Source: a virus. Taken from it: 64,000 bases of DNA. Positions 9,401 through 16,856 of this stretch are shown here, piece by piece; the first letter of the stretch is position 1, and every line of letters begins with the position of its first letter. Both the position numbers and the translations under genes were made by a program. The notes under the pieces are model-generated. The model saw nothing but the letters and a program-made list of their open reading frames with translations. It was not told the DNA's origin and made no database searches. The stretch is taken from the IMG/VR virus record IMGVR_UViG_3300024333_000005, positions 1 through 64,000 of that record; one strand, written 5' to 3'.

Positions 9401-12400
9401 CGACGCTTCCCTCCACGGGCTCTACGACCGGGCCTTCGGCGAGGGCGGGAAGGGCGGCGAGAACCGGGAGGTCCTGGTCAACGCCCACCTGTTCGTGCTC
9501 GCCGAGCTGCGCCGGCGGCGCCTGGCCCACGAGGGGGACCAGGGCGACCCCCTGGACGCGGCGACTCTGGCCCTGGCGCCCGACGCCTATCGGGGGACGG
9601 CGAAGGCTGCCGGACCCGCGTCAGACCGTACCACCGCCGCAGTCTACCCCGGCGGGCAGGAGGACTTCGGGAGCGAGATCGCCCTCTCCGAAGTGCTCCC
9701 CTACGCCCAGGACATCGTGCTCCGGGCGCCGGCCGTCTACGTGGTGGGCGGCCTGGCGGTCCACGGCCGCACCCGGGGCGACCTCGACCTCCTGGTGCGG
9801 GGGCCGCTCGACGAGGCCACCCGGCGGGTGGTCGAGTTCCGCCTGGGCCGGATGCTGCCGCCCGACCTCTCCCAGCGGGTGCAGTTCCTCGACGACGAGC
9901 TGGGCGGCCCCTTCACCGACCACGTCGAGCTGTACGACCTGGTGCTGCGCCGGCGGGAGGACCTGGGGGTCAAGCGGATGCGGCTGGAGAAGGCCGACGA
10001 CCCCCTGCTCGACCTGCCGCCCCGAGGGAGCCAGAAGCGGTCCTCCGCGTTGCAGTACCACTTCCGGGGCCGCTCCCTGCACGCCGACCTCCGCTTCAAG
10101 GTGGCCGACGACTACCTGGTGGGCTGGACTCTGGCCCTCCAGCGGGAGGGCCGGACCCCCGACGTGAACTCGGTCGCCGAGGCCAAGCAGATCGCGGCCA
10201 CCTTCTCCCCGGAGGGGAGCCGCTACTCCAAGCCCTTCCTCGCCCCGGCCCGACTCTGGGCTACCCCCAAGGCCCGGCAGCCGGTGGCGTGGCTGAACAT
10301 CGAGGCGGAGACCTTCGCCCCCGGCTCGGTCGGGGCGACCCGCTTCGAGGAAGGCACCATCGTCCTGGTCGACCGGCCCCGGGTCGAATGGGGGCTCCAG
10401 AAGCCCTACAGCCACGAGTACTTCCTGACCGGCAAGGGGCCGCTCGTCGGCATCCTCTTCTTCCGCCTGCTCGTCGGCGAAGGCGAGGGGGACGAGACGC
10501 CGGCTCGGACCCCGGAGGGCGAAGCCTTCTGGACCTGCACCCTGACCCGCAGCCTGCTCCCCGGGGTGCTCAAGCCGCGGGCGGTGGAGACCGGCGACGT
10601 GCCGCCCCAGCACTACTCCGGCCTGCCGGCGACCCTGGCCGAAGTGGTGCCGTCCTCCTTCCGCTACTGGGAGGCGGCGACGCCCCGGGAGCGGCGGGAG
10701 GTGCGGGACGCCCTGGTCGGCGAGCGGTTCTTCACCGAGGCCGGCATCCGGCTGGTCGACGGCGAGTTCCGCCGAGTGGTGCAGAAGCTCTACGTCTACA
10801 CGCCCCAGGCGGCCGACCTGGCCAAGGGGCCGCCGGTGGTCGACTTCGCCCTCTCCCGCCAGACCTGGCAGGGGCAGACCGTGATCCGGGGGGTGCCCTC
10901 CCGCACCGTCTGGCACCTGGTCCTCGATGGGCCGGGCGAGGGGCTGCGGGGCTGGGAGCTGCAAGCCGACCCGCTGGAGGAAGGGGAGCGAGTCGCGGCC
11001 CTGGCCCACGACCACCCGGAGAAGGAGCTGCTGCACTTCGAGGGCGAGGTCAAGCCGGGTGCCCGAATCGGGGGCGAGGTCCTGAACCCCACCCGGGCGA
11101 CGCCCTCCGACGTGGCCCTGCTCGACCGGGGCAAGGCCACCATCCTCGACGACGTGCCCGGCCGGCTGCGGGTCCGCTTCGCCGGTCGCAAGCTGCACGG
11201 CGCCTGGACCCTGGTTCAGGAAGAGGAGCGCTCGCCGGTCTGGACCCTGGGCCGGGGCGAGCTGCCCGGTCGCCGCCAGGCCGAGAAGGAGGCCGGCGAG
11301 GGGGCAGAGGACGGCCGCGGCCGCGGCGACCTGGAGAAGCGCACCGGCAGCCGAGGCCCCTACCCGCACGACGAGTGCATGTTCCCCCGCTGCTCCAAGG
11401 CCCCCGAGGTCGAAGTGGTCTGGGCCGACGGCCGCGGCCGGGCCTGGTTCTGCAAGGAGCACCTCGCCCGCTGGCGGGACCGGGGGGAGCCCGACGGCGA
11501 CCCGCCTGGCGACCGGGAGATCATCCGGGAGCGGGAGGTCGAGGGGGGCCGGGTCGGCCCCCGCTACGGGGCGCCCCCGCTGGCCAAGGCCATCCCCCTC
11601 CGAGATGGCGTCCAGGTCTGGGACCCCGACCGGCGGGACCCCGAAGCCGACCGTACCCAGCTCCGGCCCCTGGCCCTGTTCCGCCCGCAGAAGCCGGCGC
11701 CCCGGCCGACCAACGAGTTCCGCGACCCGGAGGATGCCCTGGCCTTCGCCACGCCCGCGGCCCTGCGGGACGGCATCCTGGTCGAACCCAAGTGGAACGG
11801 CTTCCGGGTAGTGGCCGAGAAGGCCGGCGGCCGAGTCCTGATCTTCACCGAGGACACCCAGCGGGACATCTCCCCGGCCCTGCCCGGGGTCACCCGGGAG
11901 CTGGCCGGGCTGCGGGGCGACTACGTGCTCGACGCCGAGCTGATGGCCTTCGACGGCGAGAGCCCCGTTCCCCGCCGGGAGCTGGCCCGCTTCCGGGGCG
12001 AGCGGCCGACCGACGACGCCCAGGCCGCGCTCTGCGTCCACGACGCCCTTTACCTCCCCGGGCCGGGGAACCTGACGGCGAAGACCAACGCCGAGCGGCG
12101 GGCGGCCCTGGAGGCGTACCTGCCCGCTCGGGCGAAGCACCTGCGCCTCTCCCCGGCCCGGCTGGTCCACCGGGAGGCGGCCCTGCGGGAGGCCCTGCGC
12201 TGGGCCTCCCATCTCCCCGGCTCCGAGGGGGCCATGCTCAAGCTCGCCGGCTCCACCTACAGCCTGGGCGGCGAGAACGACGGCTGGGCGAAGTTGAAGC
12301 TGGTGCGGGAGGTCCTGGCCATCGTCTACCGGCTGGAGCCGGTCGAGGGCTCTCCTGGCGTCCACACCCTCTACTGCGCCGTCGGCCCCATCCCCCCCGA

Positions 12401-13088
12401 CGAGCGGGACCGCTGGCGGGAGGTGGTCGAAGTCGCCGGGAAGCTGGCCACGCCCATCGGCCGGACCTTCAACACGAAGGCGGACGTTGAGGTCGGCAGC
12501 GTGGTTCGGGTGGAGGTCACCGAGCTGCTGTCCGACCAGCGGCCGGAGGCCAAGCGGTCCCTCACCTGGTTCACCCCGACGGTGGTGGAGGGCCCGGTCG
12601 AGCGGCGGCCCATGACCCCCGCCGAGGCCGAGGCCCTTCTCCTCCCCGGCGAGGTCAAGAAGCTCCTGGCCGAGGCCGCAGTGGCGAAGGACCTGGAGGT
12701 GATCGCCAAGGCCGGCGACGGCGAGCACTACGCGCTGGGGGTGGTGCTGGAGCCGACCGACGAGGCGGCCGGGCTCAAGCCCGACGCCCAGCATGACGTG
12801 TACTCGGCCGAGGAAGTCCAGCGGGCGGCCCACTACTTCATGGAGGCCGGCGGCCGGATCGGCTTCATGCACCGGGAGATCATCGGGGACAAGGCCCGGG
12901 TGCTGGAGACCTACCTCGCTCCGGTCACCTTCGAGCTGCCCCTTCCCGGCGGCGGAGTGCGGCGCATCCGGGAGGGAACCTGGCTGCTCGCCCTCCGGGT
13001 CCTTGACGCCGACCTCTGGCAGGCTGTAAGGTCGCGGAAGTTCGCCGGCCTGTCGGTCGGCGGCACGGCGCGCCGGGAGGCCGCTTGA
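6408..13088 (+). CDS. 2226-aa multidomain polyprotein: DpdA/TGT-like + possible ASCH-like + Dam-like MTase + nucleotidyltransferase + 2x LigD-PE-like + Zn-finger + ATP-dependent ligase + XkdF-like prohead protease
   Basis: A single open frame with DSGAYS (6549), EPFAGG/DPPW (8667), GGL..GDLDLL (9777), QYH..HADLR (10053), EPKWNG (11784)/EGAMLK/WAKLK, and GVVLEP..DAQHD..MH..GTW..GLSVGG (12711-13088). Confidence 0.85.
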   Translation: MPKVRTTLFYVTLPWGTPLLKRMRIENVMVSFRHFGRKLPEFPRLIVDSGAYSDAKLRKGEGEGKGREKEDRSGKGYARYLDESPAERSVVFRVMMDKIGDQPATCRRFDRHLAKGHSCAFVYYSDARVTPAVEAALKRSLTAAGAACFAGITTGYLIARKIGMNEVFRGLERWWGAVEKVLGKGPRPRTHLLGSFRIPVLSRFPFTSADISSHFLANRYGRFCTYLRDERGLRVSGIPHHQAKNVEGRLSPAMRRLQEASYASARKLGLDLDVEDDRYCWNIRAYKLLEAALARGDVEKADAGLLLDTPGLTPWAEGAVAPPSSVAYDFGFSPGELADLGKTEDEHDGEREGAEDPGDEWAADDEAEDQGEDSAEATAKDAITTDALATGGRKAPEQGGPPPRRRRRRQEEEEKAAPPTGVLPALKMPDPAFLLDRLEAGESAGILSRRAQAERVGEPEFLVNEVAPLGFDRAFVWAVVKHGAAEAVADLSALDPLRRAGVDALARQEFAGERDFFYLPLELVERYEAPLPLKRPPAGRRFGAEVDLERDVAKAAVPSLPPAGDDPPEAEADDEGEGEVGKRVRQPFGAPAGKSAVAGRVAAGLPRHRTYVEPFAGGAAVLFAKAPSSSVREVLADLDPEVVGAFSFLQRATSRDLDDLRARDWRSTPEQLRQAVALQPRSDAERFWRLAMRRYSGWRAASGGYNPARQGRVSTLPGRLEEVQRRLAGVVLRRQDWRETLREFDAPDSFFYLDPPWPSRKGAAPEGLEPATLAAALATLKGTFLLHYDPAHADAFRREGWGLREADGLLEVTNAPDRVGKAAAEPTPGELAAECRGLLRKLAQDAPGRTEAVCRLGEPGPDDLAALRAAPGRLQAAAEALAAVELVTPEPSPGPGDPAARLAALLPRLFPALEGADELHKALEGGHEAAALLARLGGFSGTGDGGSARLCPACLAAPAPEATCRVVKVLIAGVGSVPPERLDAERLRDLSDGQLREADASLHGLYDRAFGEGGKGGENREVLVNAHLFVLAELRRRRLAHEGDQGDPLDAATLALAPDAYRGTAKAAGPASDRTTAAVYPGGQEDFGSEIALSEVLPYAQDIVLRAPAVYVVGGLAVHGRTRGDLDLLVRGPLDEATRRVVEFRLGRMLPPDLSQRVQFLDDELGGPFTDHVELYDLVLRRREDLGVKRMRLEKADDPLLDLPPRGSQKRSSALQYHFRGRSLHADLRFKVADDYLVGWTLALQREGRTPDVNSVAEAKQIAATFSPEGSRYSKPFLAPARLWATPKARQPVAWLNIEAETFAPGSVGATRFEEGTIVLVDRPRVEWGLQKPYSHEYFLTGKGPLVGILFFRLLVGEGEGDETPARTPEGEAFWTCTLTRSLLPGVLKPRAVETGDVPPQHYSGLPATLAEVVPSSFRYWEAATPRERREVRDALVGERFFTEAGIRLVDGEFRRVVQKLYVYTPQAADLAKGPPVVDFALSRQTWQGQTVIRGVPSRTVWHLVLDGPGEGLRGWELQADPLEEGERVAALAHDHPEKELLHFEGEVKPGARIGGEVLNPTRATPSDVALLDRGKATILDDVPGRLRVRFAGRKLHGAWTLVQEEERSPVWTLGRGELPGRRQAEKEAGEGAEDGRGRGDLEKRTGSRGPYPHDECMFPRCSKAPEVEVVWADGRGRAWFCKEHLARWRDRGEPDGDPPGDREIIREREVEGGRVGPRYGAPPLAKAIPLRDGVQVWDPDRRDPEADRTQLRPLALFRPQKPAPRPTNEFRDPEDALAFATPAALRDGILVEPKWNGFRVVAEKAGGRVLIFTEDTQRDISPALPGVTRELAGLRGDYVLDAELMAFDGESPVPRRELARFRGERPTDDAQAALCVHDALYLPGPGNLTAKTNAERRAALEAYLPARAKHLRLSPARLVHREAALREALRWASHLPGSEGAMLKLAGSTYSLGGENDGWAKLKLVREVLAIVYRLEPVEGSPGVHTLYCAVGPIPPDERDRWREVVEVAGKLATPIGRTFNTKADVEVGSVVRVEVTELLSDQRPEAKRSLTWFTPTVVEGPVERRPMTPAEAEALLLPGEVKKLLAEAAVAKDLEVIAKAGDGEHYALGVVLEPTDEAAGLKPDAQHDVYSAEEVQRAAHYFMEAGGRIGFMHREIIGDKARVLETYLAPVTFELPLPGGGVRRIREGTWLLALRVLDADLWQAVRSRKFAGLSVGGTARREAA
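8935..8961 (+). repeat. dispersed 27-bp repeat, copy 1
   Basis: CCCAGGACGCCCCAGGACGCACGGAAG. Confidence 0.85.
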
Positions 13089-14104
13089 GTGGACCTGCGA
13101 AGGACGACGACGACCTCTACCGCCTGCGGGACCTCAAGGTGGAGGAGGTCAGCATCGTCGACCGCCCGGCCAACCGCATCGAGTGGCTCATCGTCAAGCG
13201 AGACGGGGAGGACCCCATGAGCGCAGGCCCCGAGGTCCGCGAAGGCGCGGACGGGAAGCTCACGGTCGCCAAGGCCGACCCGGCCAAGCCGGAGGACGAG
13301 GCGGCGAAGGCCAAGGTTCCGCCCGAGGACGAGGCGGCGAAGGCGAAGGCTCCGAAGCCCGAGGACGCCGAGAAGGCCGGCGGCCGGCTGGAGGCCGGTG
13401 CCCGGGAGGCGGCCGAGCGGCTGCTCTCCCTGGCCAACCAGGCCAAGGGCAAGGCCCCCGACGCGGCGATGCTCCGGGAGCTGAAGGCGGTCTCGGGCCT
13501 GCTCACCGGGCTCGCCGACAAGTACCCCTCGCCGAAGGCCGGCGTGGCGAAGGCGGAGGCCGACCTGATCGCCGAGGGTCGGACCTTCGACGGGGTGCTG
13601 CACACCGCGGCCCAGGCCATCCTCGGCGGGTCCCGGGAGCAGGCGGCCGCGGCGGTCGCCGGCGTCCGGGCCGCCATCGACTACGCGGTCGGGAAGGCCG
13701 CGAAGGTCGAGGACGAGGAGCCGGAGGACGAGGCGAAGGCGAAGGCCGCGAAGCCGAAGGACCTCCCCGGGGCCGGCAAGCGGTTCACCGCCGAGCGGGT
13801 CGGCAAGCTGACCTCGGCGCTCGGCTCGCTGCTCGACGTGCTCAAGGACCTGGGCGTCACCAACCTCCCCGCCCTGCTCAACGTGGCGAAGAGCGACGGC
13901 ACGGCGGAGGGCGAGGTGATCGCCAAGGCCCTGTCCGCGGTGGGCGTCGACGCCGAGGCGGCCCGGGCCGCCGAGGCCGACGGCAAGCTCGCCGACCTCC
14001 AGAAGCGGCTCGACCGCCTGGAGACGGCGGGCCTGGCGAAGGGCCTGGGCGGCGACGCGGTCGCCAAGGCCGTGAAGCCGGACCTCTGGAAGGGGATCGT
14101 CTAG
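13085..14104 (+). CDS. capsid scaffold protein with N-terminal protease fragment
   Basis: N-terminal EVSIVDRPAN motif of HK97-type proteases, then an Ala/Lys-rich helical body and C-terminal LWKGIV. It lies just upstream of the capsid gene and has a second in-frame ATG with RBS at 13217. Confidence 0.75.
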   Translation: MSGPAKDDDDLYRLRDLKVEEVSIVDRPANRIEWLIVKRDGEDPMSAGPEVREGADGKLTVAKADPAKPEDEAAKAKVPPEDEAAKAKAPKPEDAEKAGGRLEAGAREAAERLLSLANQAKGKAPDAAMLRELKAVSGLLTGLADKYPSPKAGVAKAEADLIAEGRTFDGVLHTAAQAILGGSREQAAAAVAGVRAAIDYAVGKAAKVEDEEPEDEAKAKAAKPKDLPGAGKRFTAERVGKLTSALGSLLDVLKDLGVTNLPALLNVAKSDGTAEGEVIAKALSAVGVDAEAARAAEADGKLADLQKRLDRLETAGLAKGLGGDAVAKAVKPDLWKGIV

Positions 14105-14137
14105 CGCCGCCGAGCGGCGCCCGTGGAGGGCTGCACC

Positions 14138-15325
14138 GTGACCAACGAAGAGCTGCTTCGCAAGGCCGTCATCACCACGGACGCCCTGGCGGCGGCCGGC
14201 AAGCTGAACCCCGAGCAGGCGGACAAGTTCATCGACTTCGTCCTGGACGAGACCGCCCTCAAGGGTTCGGTCAGGACCATCAGGGTCAAGACCGACTGGG
14301 AGATCAACAAGATCGGGGTCGGCGCCCGGGTCGCGATGCCCGCGGCCGAGGCCAAGGACCCCGGCCTCCGGCGCGGCATCACCACCTCCAAGGTGACGCT
14401 CAACGCCAAGGAGGTGATCGTCCCGTTCGAGATCGGGGACTCCTTCCTGGAGGAGAACATCGAGGGCGAGCCGAGCGCCGAGCACATCGTCCGCCTCATG
14501 GCGACGAAGGCGGCGAACGAGCTGGAGGAGCTGGGAATCCTGGGCGACGCCCTGGGCGTGGCGGCCCTGGAGTCCGACCTCATCGAGGGCGGCGACGCGG
14601 TCCGGCACGTCCGGGACTCCTACCTCGCCCTCTTCGACGGGTACGCCCGGCTCGCCGACGGCGGCAGCATCTTCAACGCCGCCGGGGCCAACATCGGGCT
14701 CTCGATCTTCGGCGGCATGCTCCGGGCCATGCCGACCAAGTTCCGCAAGGACCCCCGGCGCCTGCGCTACCTGGTGAGCCCCGACCTGGAGCAGCTCTGG
14801 CGGGAGCGGGTCAGCACCCGCGGCACCGCCCTGGGCGACCAGGCGGTGCAGGGCGACTCCCGGATCAAGGCGTTCGGGGTCGAGATGGTGCCCCTGCCGC
14901 TGCTCCCCTTCCGGCCCCGGGTGGTCGAGCACGTGGTCCTGAACGGTCTGGTCGCCGCCACCCTGCGGTACCAGAACCTCGCGAACGCCGTCGTCCACCT
15001 GGCGACCCTGGGGAACGTCCCGACCGCCCCCTACACCGCCGGCGTCGACTACACCCTCGACGCGGCGGCGGGGACCATCGTCCGCATCGGCGGCGGCGGC
15101 ATCGCCGACGGGGCGACGGTCAAGGTCACCTACGACTCGCCCCCCATCGCCATCCTGACCCACTTCGAGAACCTGCTCCTGGCCATCGGGCGGGACATCC
15201 GCATCGAGAAGGACCGGGACATCTTCCGGCGGGTCAACCAGTACGCCATCACCATCAAGGTCGGGGTCGGGGTCGAGGAGGCGGCGGCCATCGTGAAGGC
15301 CCGCAACCTCGGCACCGGCATCTAG
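14138..15325 (+). CDS. major capsid protein (HK97 fold, XkdG-like)
   Basis: GKLNPEQADKFID, EENIEG, DIRIEKDRDI and EAAAIVK patterns; GGAGG 8 nt before the GTG at 14138. Confidence 0.88.
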   Translation: MTNEELLRKAVITTDALAAAGKLNPEQADKFIDFVLDETALKGSVRTIRVKTDWEINKIGVGARVAMPAAEAKDPGLRRGITTSKVTLNAKEVIVPFEIGDSFLEENIEGEPSAEHIVRLMATKAANELEELGILGDALGVAALESDLIEGGDAVRHVRDSYLALFDGYARLADGGSIFNAAGANIGLSIFGGMLRAMPTKFRKDPRRLRYLVSPDLEQLWRERVSTRGTALGDQAVQGDSRIKAFGVEMVPLPLLPFRPRVVEHVVLNGLVAATLRYQNLANAVVHLATLGNVPTAPYTAGVDYTLDAAAGTIVRIGGGGIADGATVKVTYDSPPIAILTHFENLLLAIGRDIRIEKDRDIFRRVNQYAITIKVGVGVEEAAAIVKARNLGTGI

Positions 15326-15340
15326 CCGCCCCGGGTAGCG

Positions 15341-15655
15341 GTGCTCTGGGTCAACCGGGCGGATGGTAGTACCGCCCGGTTGACCCTGGGCCCGTTGCCC
15401 CTGACCCTTGATCCGGGCCTGCGGGGGGCCAGCCTTGGCAACGGCGAGCAGCGGGTGGCGGTGCAGGCGCCCCGGCGCTTCGGGCGGGTCGCCTACTCGG
15501 CCGAGGCCGACGACGCCGGTGCCGAACGGCTCGACGTGCAGGCTGGCGAAGTGCTCCTGACCGTGATACGCTACGCCTCCGGTATGGTCCGGGTGGGCCT
15601 GGTCCGCACCGGCCACCCCCGCTACCTGCCGGCACTCGACGGGAGGCCACTGTGA
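15341..15655 (+). CDS. hypothetical protein
   Basis: ORF in the structural operon, coupled to the next gene. Confidence 0.5.
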   Translation: MLWVNRADGSTARLTLGPLPLTLDPGLRGASLGNGEQRVAVQAPRRFGRVAYSAEADDAGAERLDVQAGEVLLTVIRYASGMVRVGLVRTGHPRYLPALDGRPL

Positions 15656-16116
15656 ACCTGACCGCCGCGTTCTGGAACCTGCTCCGGCGCCGCTCCGACG
15701 GCACCGGAATCGGCACCGACCACGCGATCCCCTTCTGGGACGCCCTGCGCAACACCCTCTGCGGCCGGCAGGCCCGCTGCGTGCAGATCGAGTCCCCCTA
15801 CGCCGAGTGGGCGGCGGGGGCGGCGAACGCGGCCGGGGCCGTGTTCTTCGTCTCCGGGGGCTCGACCCTGCGGGTCTGGGACCACGGGCTGCTGCTCGAC
15901 GACTCGAACGTCACCTGCCGCCTGCGGAACATCACCGACGGGGCCAACGTGCTCGCCGTCGTCGGCCCCCGGGCGGTGGTCGAGTCGGACGGCGAGACGC
16001 CGCTCGCGACCCTGGCCGGCGGGGGCGCGGGGAAGTTCGTCCGCTTCGAGTTCAGCAACGCCGACGGGGTCAACCCCCACCGCGGCGGGGCCTACATCAA
16101 GGCGACGCTGGAGTAG
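15652..16116 (+). CDS. hypothetical virion protein
   Basis: GGAGG RBS, strong GC3 codon bias, beta-rich sequence. Confidence 0.6.
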   Translation: MNLTAAFWNLLRRRSDGTGIGTDHAIPFWDALRNTLCGRQARCVQIESPYAEWAAGAANAAGAVFFVSGGSTLRVWDHGLLLDDSNVTCRLRNITDGANVLAVVGPRAVVESDGETPLATLAGGGAGKFVRFEFSNADGVNPHRGGAYIKATLE

Positions 16117-16120
16117 GGCC

Positions 16121-16516
16121 GTGGCCCAGGTCGAGAACACCCTGACCGGCGGCGGCGTCTTCTCCCGGCACCGCCTCAAGACCGGCGCTCCGGTGGCGGC
16201 CGATGCGGCCCCGGACGGGAGCTTCCCGAACCGGCGGGCCCTGCTCAACTGCCGGGGGTGGGACACCATCATCGGCCGGGTGGAGCTGACCGGCGGCGTG
16301 GGGCCGACGGTGGACCTGGAGCCGCTGCTCTACGACCAGGACACCGACAGCTTCGCCAAGCACACCCTCACCGGCGCCCTGGCCACCGGCGACGCCTTCG
16401 AGTGCCTGGTGGTCTCGGGCCGGGTCTTCCTGCGCATCAACGCGGTGGCGGGCGCCCCGACCGCGGTGGAGATCCGCGTGACCGGGGGAACCCGCAGCCG
16501 CCGGCCCGAGGAGTAG
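16121..16516 (+). CDS. hypothetical virion protein
   Basis: Strong codon bias and GGAG RBS. Confidence 0.6.
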   Translation: MAQVENTLTGGGVFSRHRLKTGAPVAADAAPDGSFPNRRALLNCRGWDTIIGRVELTGGVGPTVDLEPLLYDQDTDSFAKHTLTGALATGDAFECLVVSGRVFLRINAVAGAPTAVEIRVTGGTRSRRPEE

Positions 16517-16562
16517 CGCCCTGTCCCTCAAGCTCCATCCCCGGCGCTACGGCCAGGGCGGG

Positions 16563-16832
16563 ATGTTCTCCCCGCCCTCCGGCGGCGGGGCCAACCCGGG
16601 GCAATGGGAGGTCGAGCAGTGGACGGTCGCCGTCCCCGGCGAGACCCAGTACACGGTGGCGATGGCCGTGGCCCTGGACGCCGACGGCACGCCCCTCATC
16701 CGCATCGAGTACGGGGGCGTCAGCTACGGCATCGGGGACGACTTCACCCTGGCCGACAAGACGATCACGTGGACCTGCGGCATCCTCTTGGAGGCCGGCG
16801 AGGTCCTGGATGTCTGGTACGTGCAGGCGTAA
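16563..16832 (+). CDS. small Ig-like virion protein
   Basis: GDDFTLADKTITW...LDVWY pattern; may start at the in-frame CTG at 16521. Confidence 0.5.
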   Translation: MFSPPSGGGANPGQWEVEQWTVAVPGETQYTVAMAVALDADGTPLIRIEYGGVSYGIGDDFTLADKTITWTCGILLEAGEVLDVWYVQA

Positions 16833-16856
16833 CCCGCCTGCTCAAGGAGGTTGCTC

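Noticed and set aside
9257-12490. Long alternative plus-frame ORFs rich in Arg/Pro/Gly
   Set aside because: They reflect stop-codon scarcity at this GC content and have the composition typical of off-frame translation.
6408-13088. Intein or mobile-element explanation for the giant ORF
   Set aside because: I saw no intein splice motifs, LAGLIDADG/HNH motifs, transposase or terminal repeats.
14104-14120. Hairpin GCGCCGC-CGA-GCGGCGC before the capsid gene as a terminator
   Set aside because: It has no U-tract, and a 7-bp GC stem is expected by chance at this composition.
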